A stretch of DNA of 64,000 nucleotides from an uncultured Acidobacteriaceae bacterium (GTDB taxonomy: Bacteria; Acidobacteriota; Terriglobia; Terriglobales; Acidobacteriaceae): the NCBI GenBank assembly GCA_963838345.1, contig CAWIQU010000008.1, forward strand, positions 442,305 to 506,304, read 5' to 3'. A program made the translations under genes and the position numbers. The stretch's first letter is position 1. The number at the start of each line of letters is the position of its first letter. The notes beneath the pieces were generated by a model that was not told the DNA's origin, ran no database searches, and was given only the letters and a program-made list of their open reading frames with translations. Shown here piece after piece: positions 19,601 through 28,800 of the stretch.

Positions 19601-19873
19601 CGTCTCAAAGCCGCCGGCCTGCACGTTCACCGTGTAATGGCCGGAGTTCATAGCATCGATGCGGTAGGCCCCACGCTCATCGGCCACCGCACTGCGCGCC
19701 TCGCTTGTCTCCTGCGAAGTCACAGTAACCTTGGCTCCGGGAATGACAGCGCCGGTCTTATCGCGCACAATCCCCGCGATAATTCCTTTGCTGGTCTGTG
19801 AGTTGGCAGGAAGACTGGTTGCAATAACCAGAAACAAAGCGACCGCAGTCACAAATGTGCGCTTCAAGTTCAT
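16603..19873 (-). pseudogene. TonB-dependent receptor (carboxypeptidase regulatory-like N-terminal domain), split by a frameshift near 17272
   Basis: ORFs 17222..19954 and 16603..17457 carry the N- and C-terminal parts of one receptor. Removing one base at ~17272 joins ANLS to GNGLGQDWGPS and gives 1090 codons ending in the aromatic WAKFRF. Confidence 0.8.
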
Positions 19874-20486
19874 TTTTTGTTTCTCCTTGGATTTAGGCAG
19901 AGAACTCGTTTGATTGCATGCATGGCGGGGCCGGCGGTGACTGCATCTCTGCAATCACGCTTCAACTCTCATCCCTTCCACCAAGGGACTGAGTTGTATT
20001 CACCGGCGTCCTCGCATGCATTTGCTGCATTAGTTTCACTGGCCTCGATGAGGTATCGTGCAACTGGATATCCGAAACGCAATGCCGGAGCGATGTATGT
20101 GACGAGAAGCGGTTGAGTGTGACGGAATGCACTCTACCGGATAGGAGAGGGGCGGGAGCGCTGAATTGCGACACAGAAGACAAAGAAAATGCGCCAGCGA
20201 TCTCCGTTTATTCGAACAACTCGCACTTTCCTTCTTCGGTTATCTATATGGGGGACGGAAATTCACCCTGCGGGGATGAACGGCGCATAGCAGTGACCAA
20301 CGGAAGATAAAACACCAACAATACGAGTTGATGAATCACCGCGCCTATTGAAATTGGAATAACTCCACCGCGCATTATTCTCGTCCACGCGCGACATATT
20401 CGGGAGCTCGAGCTTGAGCTGGACTGTAACCTGCACGATCACGCCGAAGAAAAAAATGGAGCCTTTTTTCTTAGAACCGTAACACT

Positions 20487-20496
20487 TGATATATCA
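20487..20496. promoter_or_regulatory. Palindrome TGATATATCA, candidate repressor operator
   Basis: Perfect 10-bp palindrome ~80 bp upstream of the TBDR start at 20576. Confidence 0.35.
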
Positions 20497-20575
20497 GATA
20501 TAAACAAATCACCCATAAAGTGCACTTAGTCACCGATAACTTTTGGGCTTCATTCGGCACTCTTTGGGAGATCAC

Positions 20576-23500
20576 GTGAAACGCATTCTTTTTGTCCTTC
20601 TGGCAGTAGGTTTTCTCGCAGCGCGATCGATTTCACTCTATGCACAGTTCGAGACTGCGTCTGTCCTCGGTTATGTGCGCGATTCCTCTGGCGCCGTCGT
20701 CTCTGGTGCAACCGTCTCGCTCGTCAATCAGGAGACCAAGGCACAGGTGACAGCCGAGACCAACGCTCAAGGCGCCTACGAGTTCACTGACGTAAAGATC
20801 GGGCAGTATCAGGTCACCGCGCAGGCAAACGGGTTTGGTCCCAGCACCACGCAGCCGTTCACCGTCACCGTCAACGCCCGTCAACGTGTCGACGTCGCGT
20901 TGAAGATCGGTTCCAACACCGAGACAGTCACTGTCGACGCCGCTGCCGCCTCCTTGTTGGAGACCGACAACAGCGAACGCGGTCAGGTCATCGGCACCCG
21001 CGAGGTCGAGAACCTCCCGCTCAATGGTCGCGCCTACGCCGACCTTGCCGCTCTCGTGCCCGGCGTGCGCCGCAACATCCTAGAGAACTCAACCGACTCA
21101 AGCCGCGACGCCTCCTTCAACGTCAACGGACAGCGCAGCGAGTTCAACAACTTCCTTCTCGACGGCCTCGACAACAACGCCTACGGAACCTCAAACCAGG
21201 GCTTCTCCAATCAGGCAATTCCTCCCTCGCCCGATGCGATCTCCGAGTTCCGCGTCGAAACCGACAACTATAGCGCAGAGTACGGCCGTTCCGCAGGCGC
21301 CGTCATCAACGTCAGCATCCGCAGCGGCACCAACCGGTTTCACGGCAAGGCCTACGACTATCTGCGCAACACCATCTTCAACGCCATCGGCCCCTTCACG
21401 CCGCCCACCAATCCGCTCACCGGAGCAGCACAGAAGCCCGTCCTCATCCGCAATCAGTTTGGCGGAACCTTCGGTGGCCCCATCTGGAAAGACCACACCT
21501 TCTTCTTCGCCGACTATGAAGGCACTCGCCAGGTCGTCCACGCCGTCAATCAGGCGACCGTCCCCACGGCCAACCAGAACGGAACCAGCGCCCTCGCCAT
21601 CGCCAACGGCGGCTACACCTTCCTCTCGGGCAGCAGCACCGAGAACGGCGCGCCCGTCTCCCTCCTCAATCCCATCACCGGCCAGGCTTATCCCAACGGT
21701 GTTATCCCCTTCAGCGATCCCTCCGTCTCCTCCTTCGCCAAGGGTGTCCTCGCTGCTCTCCCCGCTCCGAACGTTCCCGGCAATCCCTACAGCAATAACT
21801 ACGCCTCTCTGCCCGCCGACACGATCAACGACGACAAGGGCGACATTCGCGTCGACCAGACCTTCAACCAGCGCAACACAGCCTTCGTCCGCTACAGCCA
21901 ACATCAAGGAAAGATTGCATCTCCGCCTAACATTCAAGGGCCGGCCGGCGGCAACAGCAACGGCACCGTCAACATCTTCAATCAGCAAATAGCCGGTGGC
22001 GTCACGCACATCTTCAATCAAAACTCGATCCTCGACGCCCGCTTCGCCTTCACCCGCACCGACGGCGGTAAGAGCCCCTACGGAGCAAATCTACCCAGCC
22101 TGATGACCGGCATCCCCGGTCTCCCAACCGATCCCGCAGTCGTCCGCAGCCTCAACGTCCAAAGCGTCAACGGCTACTCCCAGTTCGGCAATCAGGGCAG
22201 CAACCCTCAGTACCAGAATCCCTACATCTACAACCCGAAGATCAACTACACACAAATCCGAGGGCGCAGCACGTACAAAGTTGGCTACGAGTATCAAGCG
22301 ATCTTTACCACCATCGACGACTTCAACCCCGTCTATGGTCAGGACACCTACAACGGCGGCTATAGCTTCAGCGGAGCCACCGCCAGTGCTCTCAGCGGGT
22401 CCAACACCGGCACCAAGGAGGCCGTCGCTCTCGCTGACTTCCTCTTCGGCGCGCGCGACACTTATCAGCTCAACAACTTCGTCAACGTCCATCTCAACCA
22501 GCGGATGAATTACTTCTACTTTCAGGACGACATCCGCGTGAACTCTCGCCTCACCGTCAACGCCGGCCTGCGCTACGAACTCGTAACTCCACAGTGGGAG
22601 TCCAGCAACAAGCTCTCCAACTATGATCCCGGCACCCAGTCCCTCATTCAAGCCACTCCCGGCTCGCTCTACAACCGCGCTCTGGTCAACATGCCGAAGC
22701 TCGACTTCGCTCCCCGCTTCGGCGTTGCATACTCGCTCACTCCGAAGACAGTCGTTCGCGCTGGCTACGGCCTCGGCTACGCTCAGTTCAATCGTGAGGG
22801 CGGCGAGAACCTGCTCGTCTACAACCTGCCGGCCATCGTCAACACCAACATCGTTCAGGGTCCACAGTTCGCCAATCCCGGCGTTCTCGGCTCACAAAAA
22901 GCGCTGCCCATCTGCACCGCCGCGCAAGCCGGAGCACCATTCAGCTCCACGAACCCGAACCCCTGTTTCCGCACCACCAGCCAGGGCTATCCGACAGGTT
23001 TCACCAGCCCGGCCAATGTCACTACGGCGAGCAACCTTAGTACAGAGGCACGCTACATCCCCAAGAACACACCCACCGGATACGTTCAGAGCTATCATCT
23101 GACCGTTCAGCGTGAGCTCACCAACACGACGACCTTTGAGGCATCCTATGTCGGTAGTCATGGCGTCAAGCTTCAGGTTCTCGCTGACCTCAATCAGTCC
23201 GCAGCCAACGCCGTCACGGCCACTTGCAACCCAACGGTCAACTCAGGCTGCCTTAGCCTTGCAGCGCGCCGCCCCATCCCCACCTTCACCACCATCGAAG
23301 AGAGCCTCTCGCAAGGCTTCCTCAGCTACAACGGTCTCCAGACCAAGCTTGAGCATCGAGCCGGTCACGGCCTCTATCTGTTGAACTCCTTTACATGGTC
23401 GCGCGCAATCGACAACGCCTCCGGGCACCTCGACACTCCCGACGGCGACAACTCCCGCATCAACCTGGCCAATCCACTCGGCGAACGCGGTCCCTCCGCC

Positions 23501-24112
23501 TACAACCAGCCGCTGAACGACATCCTCTCCATCGTCTACGATCTGCCCTACGGCAAGGGCCGCATGTTCGGCAGCAGCGCTCCTTTCATGATGCAGGAGG
23601 TGCTCGGAGGCTGGCAGGTCACAGCGATCAATAGCGCCAGCAGCGGTCTTCCCGTCAACATCACTTACTCTCCCAACAGCTTCCAGCAGGTCAGCCCGCT
23701 GCTCGTTCAGCGTCCCAACCTCACCGGCAACCCTGTCATCCCCAAAAACAAGCGCATCAAAATTGCGGGTAATCAGGACCTCGTTGCCTTACAAAATCCG
23801 GTCTTCGGACTCACAGGCAATGCTGTCCTGAGTCTGCCGGACGTCAATCATCCTTACGGAAGCGCGGGTCGCAACTCGGTACGCTTCGATCCTTTCTACC
23901 AACTCGACCTCGGTCTGCACAAAAACTTTCCGCTCCGTCTCGAGGGTTCCTCATTCGACTTCCGCGCCGAGGCCTTCAACATCTTCAATCAGACCAACTA
24001 CGCCTTCCCTCAGAGCGGCTACAGCCCCACCTCCAGCAGCTTCGGCGTCGTCGCTGCAGCATCCACCTTCCCGGCGCGTATCCTGCAGTTCGCCGGTAAA
24101 ATTATCTTCTGA
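20576..24112 (+). CDS. TonB-dependent receptor (carboxypeptidase regulatory-like domain, Oar-like)
   Basis: Signal peptide; G.VRDSSGAVVSGATV, LPLNGR, NNFLLDGLDN, EYGRSAG.VIN plug motifs; ends RILQFAGKIIF. Confidence 0.92.
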   Translation: MKRILFVLLAVGFLAARSISLYAQFETASVLGYVRDSSGAVVSGATVSLVNQETKAQVTAETNAQGAYEFTDVKIGQYQVTAQANGFGPSTTQPFTVTVNARQRVDVALKIGSNTETVTVDAAAASLLETDNSERGQVIGTREVENLPLNGRAYADLAALVPGVRRNILENSTDSSRDASFNVNGQRSEFNNFLLDGLDNNAYGTSNQGFSNQAIPPSPDAISEFRVETDNYSAEYGRSAGAVINVSIRSGTNRFHGKAYDYLRNTIFNAIGPFTPPTNPLTGAAQKPVLIRNQFGGTFGGPIWKDHTFFFADYEGTRQVVHAVNQATVPTANQNGTSALAIANGGYTFLSGSSTENGAPVSLLNPITGQAYPNGVIPFSDPSVSSFAKGVLAALPAPNVPGNPYSNNYASLPADTINDDKGDIRVDQTFNQRNTAFVRYSQHQGKIASPPNIQGPAGGNSNGTVNIFNQQIAGGVTHIFNQNSILDARFAFTRTDGGKSPYGANLPSLMTGIPGLPTDPAVVRSLNVQSVNGYSQFGNQGSNPQYQNPYIYNPKINYTQIRGRSTYKVGYEYQAIFTTIDDFNPVYGQDTYNGGYSFSGATASALSGSNTGTKEAVALADFLFGARDTYQLNNFVNVHLNQRMNYFYFQDDIRVNSRLTVNAGLRYELVTPQWESSNKLSNYDPGTQSLIQATPGSLYNRALVNMPKLDFAPRFGVAYSLTPKTVVRAGYGLGYAQFNREGGENLLVYNLPAIVNTNIVQGPQFANPGVLGSQKALPICTAAQAGAPFSSTNPNPCFRTTSQGYPTGFTSPANVTTASNLSTEARYIPKNTPTGYVQSYHLTVQRELTNTTTFEASYVGSHGVKLQVLADLNQSAANAVTATCNPTVNSGCLSLAARRPIPTFTTIEESLSQGFLSYNGLQTKLEHRAGHGLYLLNSFTWSRAIDNASGHLDTPDGDNSRINLANPLGERGPSAYNQPLNDILSIVYDLPYGKGRMFGSSAPFMMQEVLGGWQVTAINSASSGLPVNITYSPNSFQQVSPLLVQRPNLTGNPVIPKNKRIKIAGNQDLVALQNPVFGLTGNAVLSLPDVNHPYGSAGRNSVRFDPFYQLDLGLHKNFPLRLEGSSFDFRAEAFNIFNQTNYAFPQSGYSPTSSSFGVVAAASTFPARILQFAGKIIF

Positions 24113-24132
24113 CCTTAGCCAGGAGGCCTCCC

Positions 24133-25077
24133 ATGATGGATCGCAGACAATTTGCCACTCTTGCCGGTGCATCCCTCGGCAGCCTGCTCACCCGTAGACT
24201 CTGGGCCGAGCAGGCTCGCGCGACGGCCTCACCCGACAAGTTCTACTTCGCCCTCGTCGCCGACACGCATATCATCGACGACTTCTACGTCAAGGGCAGC
24301 GAGAACGGAGTCGAAGACAACGAGAGCATCCTGCTCACGACTCCGCGGCTCATCTCCGCCCGAGATCTCATCAACTCGCTCCATCCCGCCATCGAACAGG
24401 TTTTCCTCATCGGCGACTACTTCCACAACTACCCTTCCACCGACTACGACTTCTACTTCAAGAACACTACACGCCTGGACAACGCCAAGGTCATCACCGA
24501 CGGCTTCAAGATGCCCGTCCACCTGGGCTTCGGCAATCACGACTACGACGTCAAACGAGTCTCTCGCGAGATGAGCCACCGACTCTTCGAAGCCAAGTTT
24601 AAAACCCAGCCGTATTCCGTTCTGGACTACAAAGGTTACAAATTCATCCACCTCAATAATTTCCTCGGCACCACGCAGGACCACACCTCGCCCGACTTCA
24701 ATCCCAGCATCGGCTCCCTCGGCGAAGACCAACTCCACTGGTTCGAAGCTCAACTTCAGCAGCACAAGCCCACGTTCGTCTTCATCCACTACCCGCTCAT
24801 CCAGGACAAGGCAACCGAGTTTGCCGACTACGGGCTGCATCCGCTCCTGCGCAAATATCAGGACACCATCCAGCTCGTCGTCTCCGGTCACCAGCACAAG
24901 TGGGTTGACTACGCCCACAACTACGGCCCGCAACACTACATCATGGCCGCCACCCGCTACGACCCCAACGCCTACATGCTCATGGAGGTCGACACGAAAC
25001 ATGCAGCCTGGCGCTTCATGAACGAGAGCCTCGTCGAATGGTCCACGCACTACAGTAAGCCCTACGTCGCCTCGTAA
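24133..25077 (+). CDS. Tat-exported calcineurin-like metallophosphoesterase
   Basis: DRRQF Tat motif; ADTH, GD, GNHD, FIHYP and SGHQH metal-ligand motifs; GGAGG SD. Confidence 0.87.
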   Translation: MMDRRQFATLAGASLGSLLTRRLWAEQARATASPDKFYFALVADTHIIDDFYVKGSENGVEDNESILLTTPRLISARDLINSLHPAIEQVFLIGDYFHNYPSTDYDFYFKNTTRLDNAKVITDGFKMPVHLGFGNHDYDVKRVSREMSHRLFEAKFKTQPYSVLDYKGYKFIHLNNFLGTTQDHTSPDFNPSIGSLGEDQLHWFEAQLQQHKPTFVFIHYPLIQDKATEFADYGLHPLLRKYQDTIQLVVSGHQHKWVDYAHNYGPQHYIMAATRYDPNAYMLMEVDTKHAAWRFMNESLVEWSTHYSKPYVAS

Positions 25078-25102
25078 TCGGCAAGAAATTCGCGCTCAAC
25101 AA

Positions 25103-26278
25103 GTGAACTCAAAGCGCTGTCAATCCAAAGGACACAGATTGCTCACCATCGACTTCCGCATGCTCTCCGTAGTTGCTCTGACTACAGCTCTCAGCACTAA
25201 CCTTCACGCCCAGGCAACCGACAGTACTCTAAAGCTCAACCAGATCCAGGTCATCGGCACGCACAACAGCTACCACGCCGGCATCGCGCCAAACGAAAGC
25301 AAGATCTGGCAGGAAAAGTACGCCGACGCGTACAAAGGTCTGGACTACCAGCACCAGTCCCTTCCGCAACAGTTCGATAGCGGTGTCCGCCAGATCGAAC
25401 TCGACATCTACGCCGACACCAAAGGCGGTCTCTACGCCCACCCCTCCGGCCCATCCATGGTCGACGCAGCAAAGCTTCCGCCCGATCCGGACTTCGACCC
25501 CAACGGTGTCATGAACAAACCCGGCTTCAAAGTCATGCACGTTCAGGACGTCGACTACCGCAGCACTTGTCAGCCTTTCATCGCTTGTCTGGAGCAGGTA
25601 CGCCAGTGGTCCCACACCCATCCCGGTCATGTCCCCATCTTCATCCTCGTCGAGACCAAGCAAGGCAAACCTCGCGGCGAACTTCACCTCACGGAACCGG
25701 AGCCCTTCACCTCGAGTACCTTCGACGCCCTCGACGCTGAGATTCGTTCCGTCTTCCAGCCCAATGAGATGGTCACCCCCGACGATGTGCGTGGCCACTA
25801 CGACACACTCAACGAGGCCGTTCTCGCCGGCAACTGGCCCAGCCTCGCCAGTGCTCGCGGCAAGGTCGTCTTCCTCATGGACCAGCACCCGGTCGGCCCG
25901 GTATATCTCGCTGGGCACCCTTCGCTGCGCGGCCGCGTCCTCTTCACGAACTCGACGCCCGGCGAACCTGACGCCGCCTTCATCGAGCGTAACGATGGCC
26001 CCGCCGCGGATATTACTTCGCTCGTACGCAAGGGCTATCTCATCCGCGCCCGCACCGATTCAGACACCAAAGAAGCGCGAACCAACGACACCACCGTGCG
26101 TGACTCAATGATCGCGAGCGGCGCCCAGATCCTCAGCACCGACTACCCCATCAACGAACCCGCCCGTTGGCCCGGCAACTTCGTCGTCACGCTACCCGGA
26201 AAAGCCGTTGCGCGATGCAATCCGGTCAACGCCCCGGCAACTTGCAACGCAGCGCTGGCGACTAATCCCGGAAATTAG
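25103..26278 (+). CDS. Phosphatidylinositol-specific phospholipase C1-like (Ca-dependent PI-PLC) protein
   Basis: LNQIQVIGTHNSYH, GVRQIELDI, KVMH..D.D..STC, HVPIFILVETK and SGAQILSTDY motifs. Confidence 0.85.
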   Translation: MNSKRCQSKGHRLLTIDFRMLSVVALTTALSTNLHAQATDSTLKLNQIQVIGTHNSYHAGIAPNESKIWQEKYADAYKGLDYQHQSLPQQFDSGVRQIELDIYADTKGGLYAHPSGPSMVDAAKLPPDPDFDPNGVMNKPGFKVMHVQDVDYRSTCQPFIACLEQVRQWSHTHPGHVPIFILVETKQGKPRGELHLTEPEPFTSSTFDALDAEIRSVFQPNEMVTPDDVRGHYDTLNEAVLAGNWPSLASARGKVVFLMDQHPVGPVYLAGHPSLRGRVLFTNSTPGEPDAAFIERNDGPAADITSLVRKGYLIRARTDSDTKEARTNDTTVRDSMIASGAQILSTDYPINEPARWPGNFVVTLPGKAVARCNPVNAPATCNAALATNPGN

Positions 26279-26529
26279 TGCGCCCCTGACCAGCGATCCG
26301 GTTTAGACATCCATGGGGTTCGCCATAGTTCCTGTCCAGGTCAGATACTTCGCTGATGGGCAGCTTGTCCGGAGAGACGGAGTAGAGGACAGCGAAACGG
26401 GAAGCTCCCAAAGCTCCCTTTGCTAGCCAGTCAGAGCTCCTGTCGTTTAGTTAGTCATTCCCAAAACGGGAATCACCAAAATAAATCCAAAATCGTGGCA
26501 TATTTTTCGGACCCCAAAGTGTCCGGCAA

Positions 26530-26650
26530 TCCACCAGCTTTCACCAGCATTCCACCACGAATTCACCATGAAAAAACCACGTTCTGCCACCCATTTTTGC
26601 CAAAACCCCCGCAAAAACACACGAACCCTTCCGCAAGAAAAAAATCACTG
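26530..26650. repeat. C/A-skewed intergenic element with four helically phased CACCA motifs and A-tracts
   Basis: CACCA starts at 26532, 26542, 26553 and 26564 (10/11/11 bp spacing), followed by A/T tracts. Confidence 0.55.
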
Positions 26651-26707
26651 ACGAAATACGCAGAAAGCCCTTCGACATAGTCTTCAAAAGTGTTGCTTTT
26701 GGAAGAA

Positions 26708-26784
<77 letters not shown>

Positions 26785-26993
26785 AACAGATGCTGCGATG
26801 AGATGTCGATGAGGGTGCTTTCCGTGAGGCTCAAGCATGCGGGTGGGCTTGCTGGATCGCTGTACCGACTTGGCTAGTTTAGCAGATTATGGACGTTGGG
26901 TGGTGGAGGCTGGCTGAAGCCCCAGATCCTCTCCTGCCGGCAGTACAACGCGCAGCCAGTAACGTCGCGGGCGCTGTGTATGGAATGAGTTGA

Positions 26994-27034
26994 GAACAAA
27001 AAGATGGGGAGGAGCCCTAGTGACTCCTCCCCAT
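26994..27034 (-). terminator. Rho-independent terminator after the OmpA-family gene
   Basis: ATGGGGAGGAG/CTCCTCCCCAT 11-bp stem followed by TTTTT on the minus strand. Confidence 0.75.
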
Positions 27035-27056
27035 GAGTGGTGCAAAGTCGATCAGC

Positions 27057-28718
27057 CTAGTTGGCTGGTTTGTGACCTCTGGTGGCGGTTTTGGGCTTCC
27101 CATAAGGCTGCCCCTGCCGCTTCACCGAGTTCGAATCGAACGTGTTGGTATCGCCGGGAGTGAACGTCGCTCCCGCGGGAACCAGGATGTTGTCAACCGT
27201 GCGGCCAGGTTCACCGCTCGTGCGCAGCTCAATGCGAGAAGGATCGATACCCTTTTCGTCAGTGAGGTATTGCTCGACGTTGAGAGTGCGCTGTGCGGCG
27301 GCATCAGGTGTTTCATCGGCAGAATGCCTGCCGACGATCACTAGTTTGGACGAGGATTCGCGATTAAGTGTGAGCGCGATCTCGTCGAGGCAGCCCTTAG
27401 CTTCGTTATCGACGCGGACTGGGCGCTTTCTGTCGCGCTCGAAGGAGACGCTGCAGAGATTGCTCGGTTGCGGAGCGACCGGAGGCGGCGGAGCCGTAAT
27501 GGTCACCGACGTGTTGGCAGTTGCCTGCTTGCCCAGGTCGTCGACGACGTTGCAAGTGACGTTGACGGTTCCCGGGAGTGCGCCAGTGGTGACGAGTGTG
27601 GCAGTTGCCGTGTTGCTTGCGATCTGGCCCGCAGATGCAGAGTAAGAGTAGGTGAGCGGACGGTTCTGCGGACTATTAGCGATCGACGTGATGGTGGAGG
27701 GATCGCCCGGCATTACGGTGCTGGGATTGGCCGAGCAGGTGATGGTCGGTGGCTCGTAGGCGTGGACGCGGAAGCCGACGCTGCAGCTCGCCTGTTGGCC
27801 AGGCCGGACGCCCTCGGAGACGTGACCGGTGATCGTGTAATCGCCCGCGGGGACACCCGTGGTGACCACGGTAGCGGTGGTGTCAGTTCCGGTGATCTTG
27901 CCGCCGGTAGTCGTCCACGTGTAGGTGGCCTTCTTCTTCAGGTCAAGATTGCTGCTCGTGGCAGTGACAGTGATTGGGTCGCCGGGAAATACGTTCGCAG
28001 GTTGTACCGTGCAACCGAGCTGCACCGGCGGGGGAGGCGTGACCTGACCGAGGCGGAGAACAATGCCCGCGGAGAGGCGGTAGGCGTAGATATCACCAAC
28101 GCCGCCGCTCACTCGACCGACGTCGGGCGGACCATAGTCGACGTGGGAGAAATGAAAGTCAGCCTGAATGGGACGGATAGCAATCCGATTGTTGAAGGCG
28201 GGGAGGATGTAATCGAGGCCGAGGCCGCTGGTCACGCCCCAACCCCAGGTGCAGGGCTGGAAGATGGGACCTCCGACCTTGGCTCCGCCGGCAAGAGCGT
28301 GCGCGAAGGGGACCCAACGATTCTTCTGGTAGCGGAAGATTGGCCCAGCCTGAGCTGTGAAGACGCAGTCGTTGGGGCCGGAGGGGAAGAAGCTGCCTTC
28401 GGCCTGAACTCCGAGATAGCGGTTGAAGTAGCCGGTAGCACTGACGACAGCGCCAACGTTGATGGGCTGGTATTGGACGTTGAAGATATCGCTGTTGACG
28501 GGGTGGAGATAGCCGTATCCGCCATAGAGGTCGAAGCGCGAGGGCTCGGGCGGCGGAGTGGAGGCGGTCTTGATGGCCTGGGCAGCAGCGGACAGAGTTG
28601 AGGCTGTCATGAAGGCGACGGTGAGGGCGACGAGAAGCGTGGCCTGGGCTGTGATGCGGCGGCTGGAGCGCGAGGGGCTGCTGTTCAAATGACCGGAGCT
28701 CACGGGGCTGGAATGCAT
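27057..28718 (-). CDS. OmpA-family outer membrane protein: small beta-barrel, two Ig/PKD-like modules, OmpA C-terminal domain
   Basis: DLYGGYGY...YRLSAGIVLRLG barrel; two C.A.P..V.PGDP.TIT...TY repeats; LDEIAL...LVIVGRH...QR..NV..YL..GIDPSRI OmpA-like motif. Confidence 0.8.
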   Translation of the reverse strand: MHSSPVSSGHLNSSPSRSSRRITAQATLLVALTVAFMTASTLSAAAQAIKTASTPPPEPSRFDLYGGYGYLHPVNSDIFNVQYQPINVGAVVSATGYFNRYLGVQAEGSFFPSGPNDCVFTAQAGPIFRYQKNRWVPFAHALAGGAKVGGPIFQPCTWGWGVTSGLGLDYILPAFNNRIAIRPIQADFHFSHVDYGPPDVGRVSGGVGDIYAYRLSAGIVLRLGQVTPPPPVQLGCTVQPANVFPGDPITVTATSSNLDLKKKATYTWTTTGGKITGTDTTATVVTTGVPAGDYTITGHVSEGVRPGQQASCSVGFRVHAYEPPTITCSANPSTVMPGDPSTITSIANSPQNRPLTYSYSASAGQIASNTATATLVTTGALPGTVNVTCNVVDDLGKQATANTSVTITAPPPPVAPQPSNLCSVSFERDRKRPVRVDNEAKGCLDEIALTLNRESSSKLVIVGRHSADETPDAAAQRTLNVEQYLTDEKGIDPSRIELRTSGEPGRTVDNILVPAGATFTPGDTNTFDSNSVKRQGQPYGKPKTATRGHKPAN

Positions 28719-28800
28719 AACTATGAATCCTCCAACTACGGTGCTTCTTCCTGATTTAGGAAGACTGCCGAACGCCAAAGAAGCGAGCGGCAGTCAGGGA

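Noticed and set aside
27468-28601. Long antisense and alternate-frame ORFs (e.g. 3460..4830, 27468..28601, 49492..50706, 52752..54374, 60600..61862)
   Set aside because: They are shadows of real genes caused by high GC and codon bias, with no recognisable motifs, SD or signal peptides.
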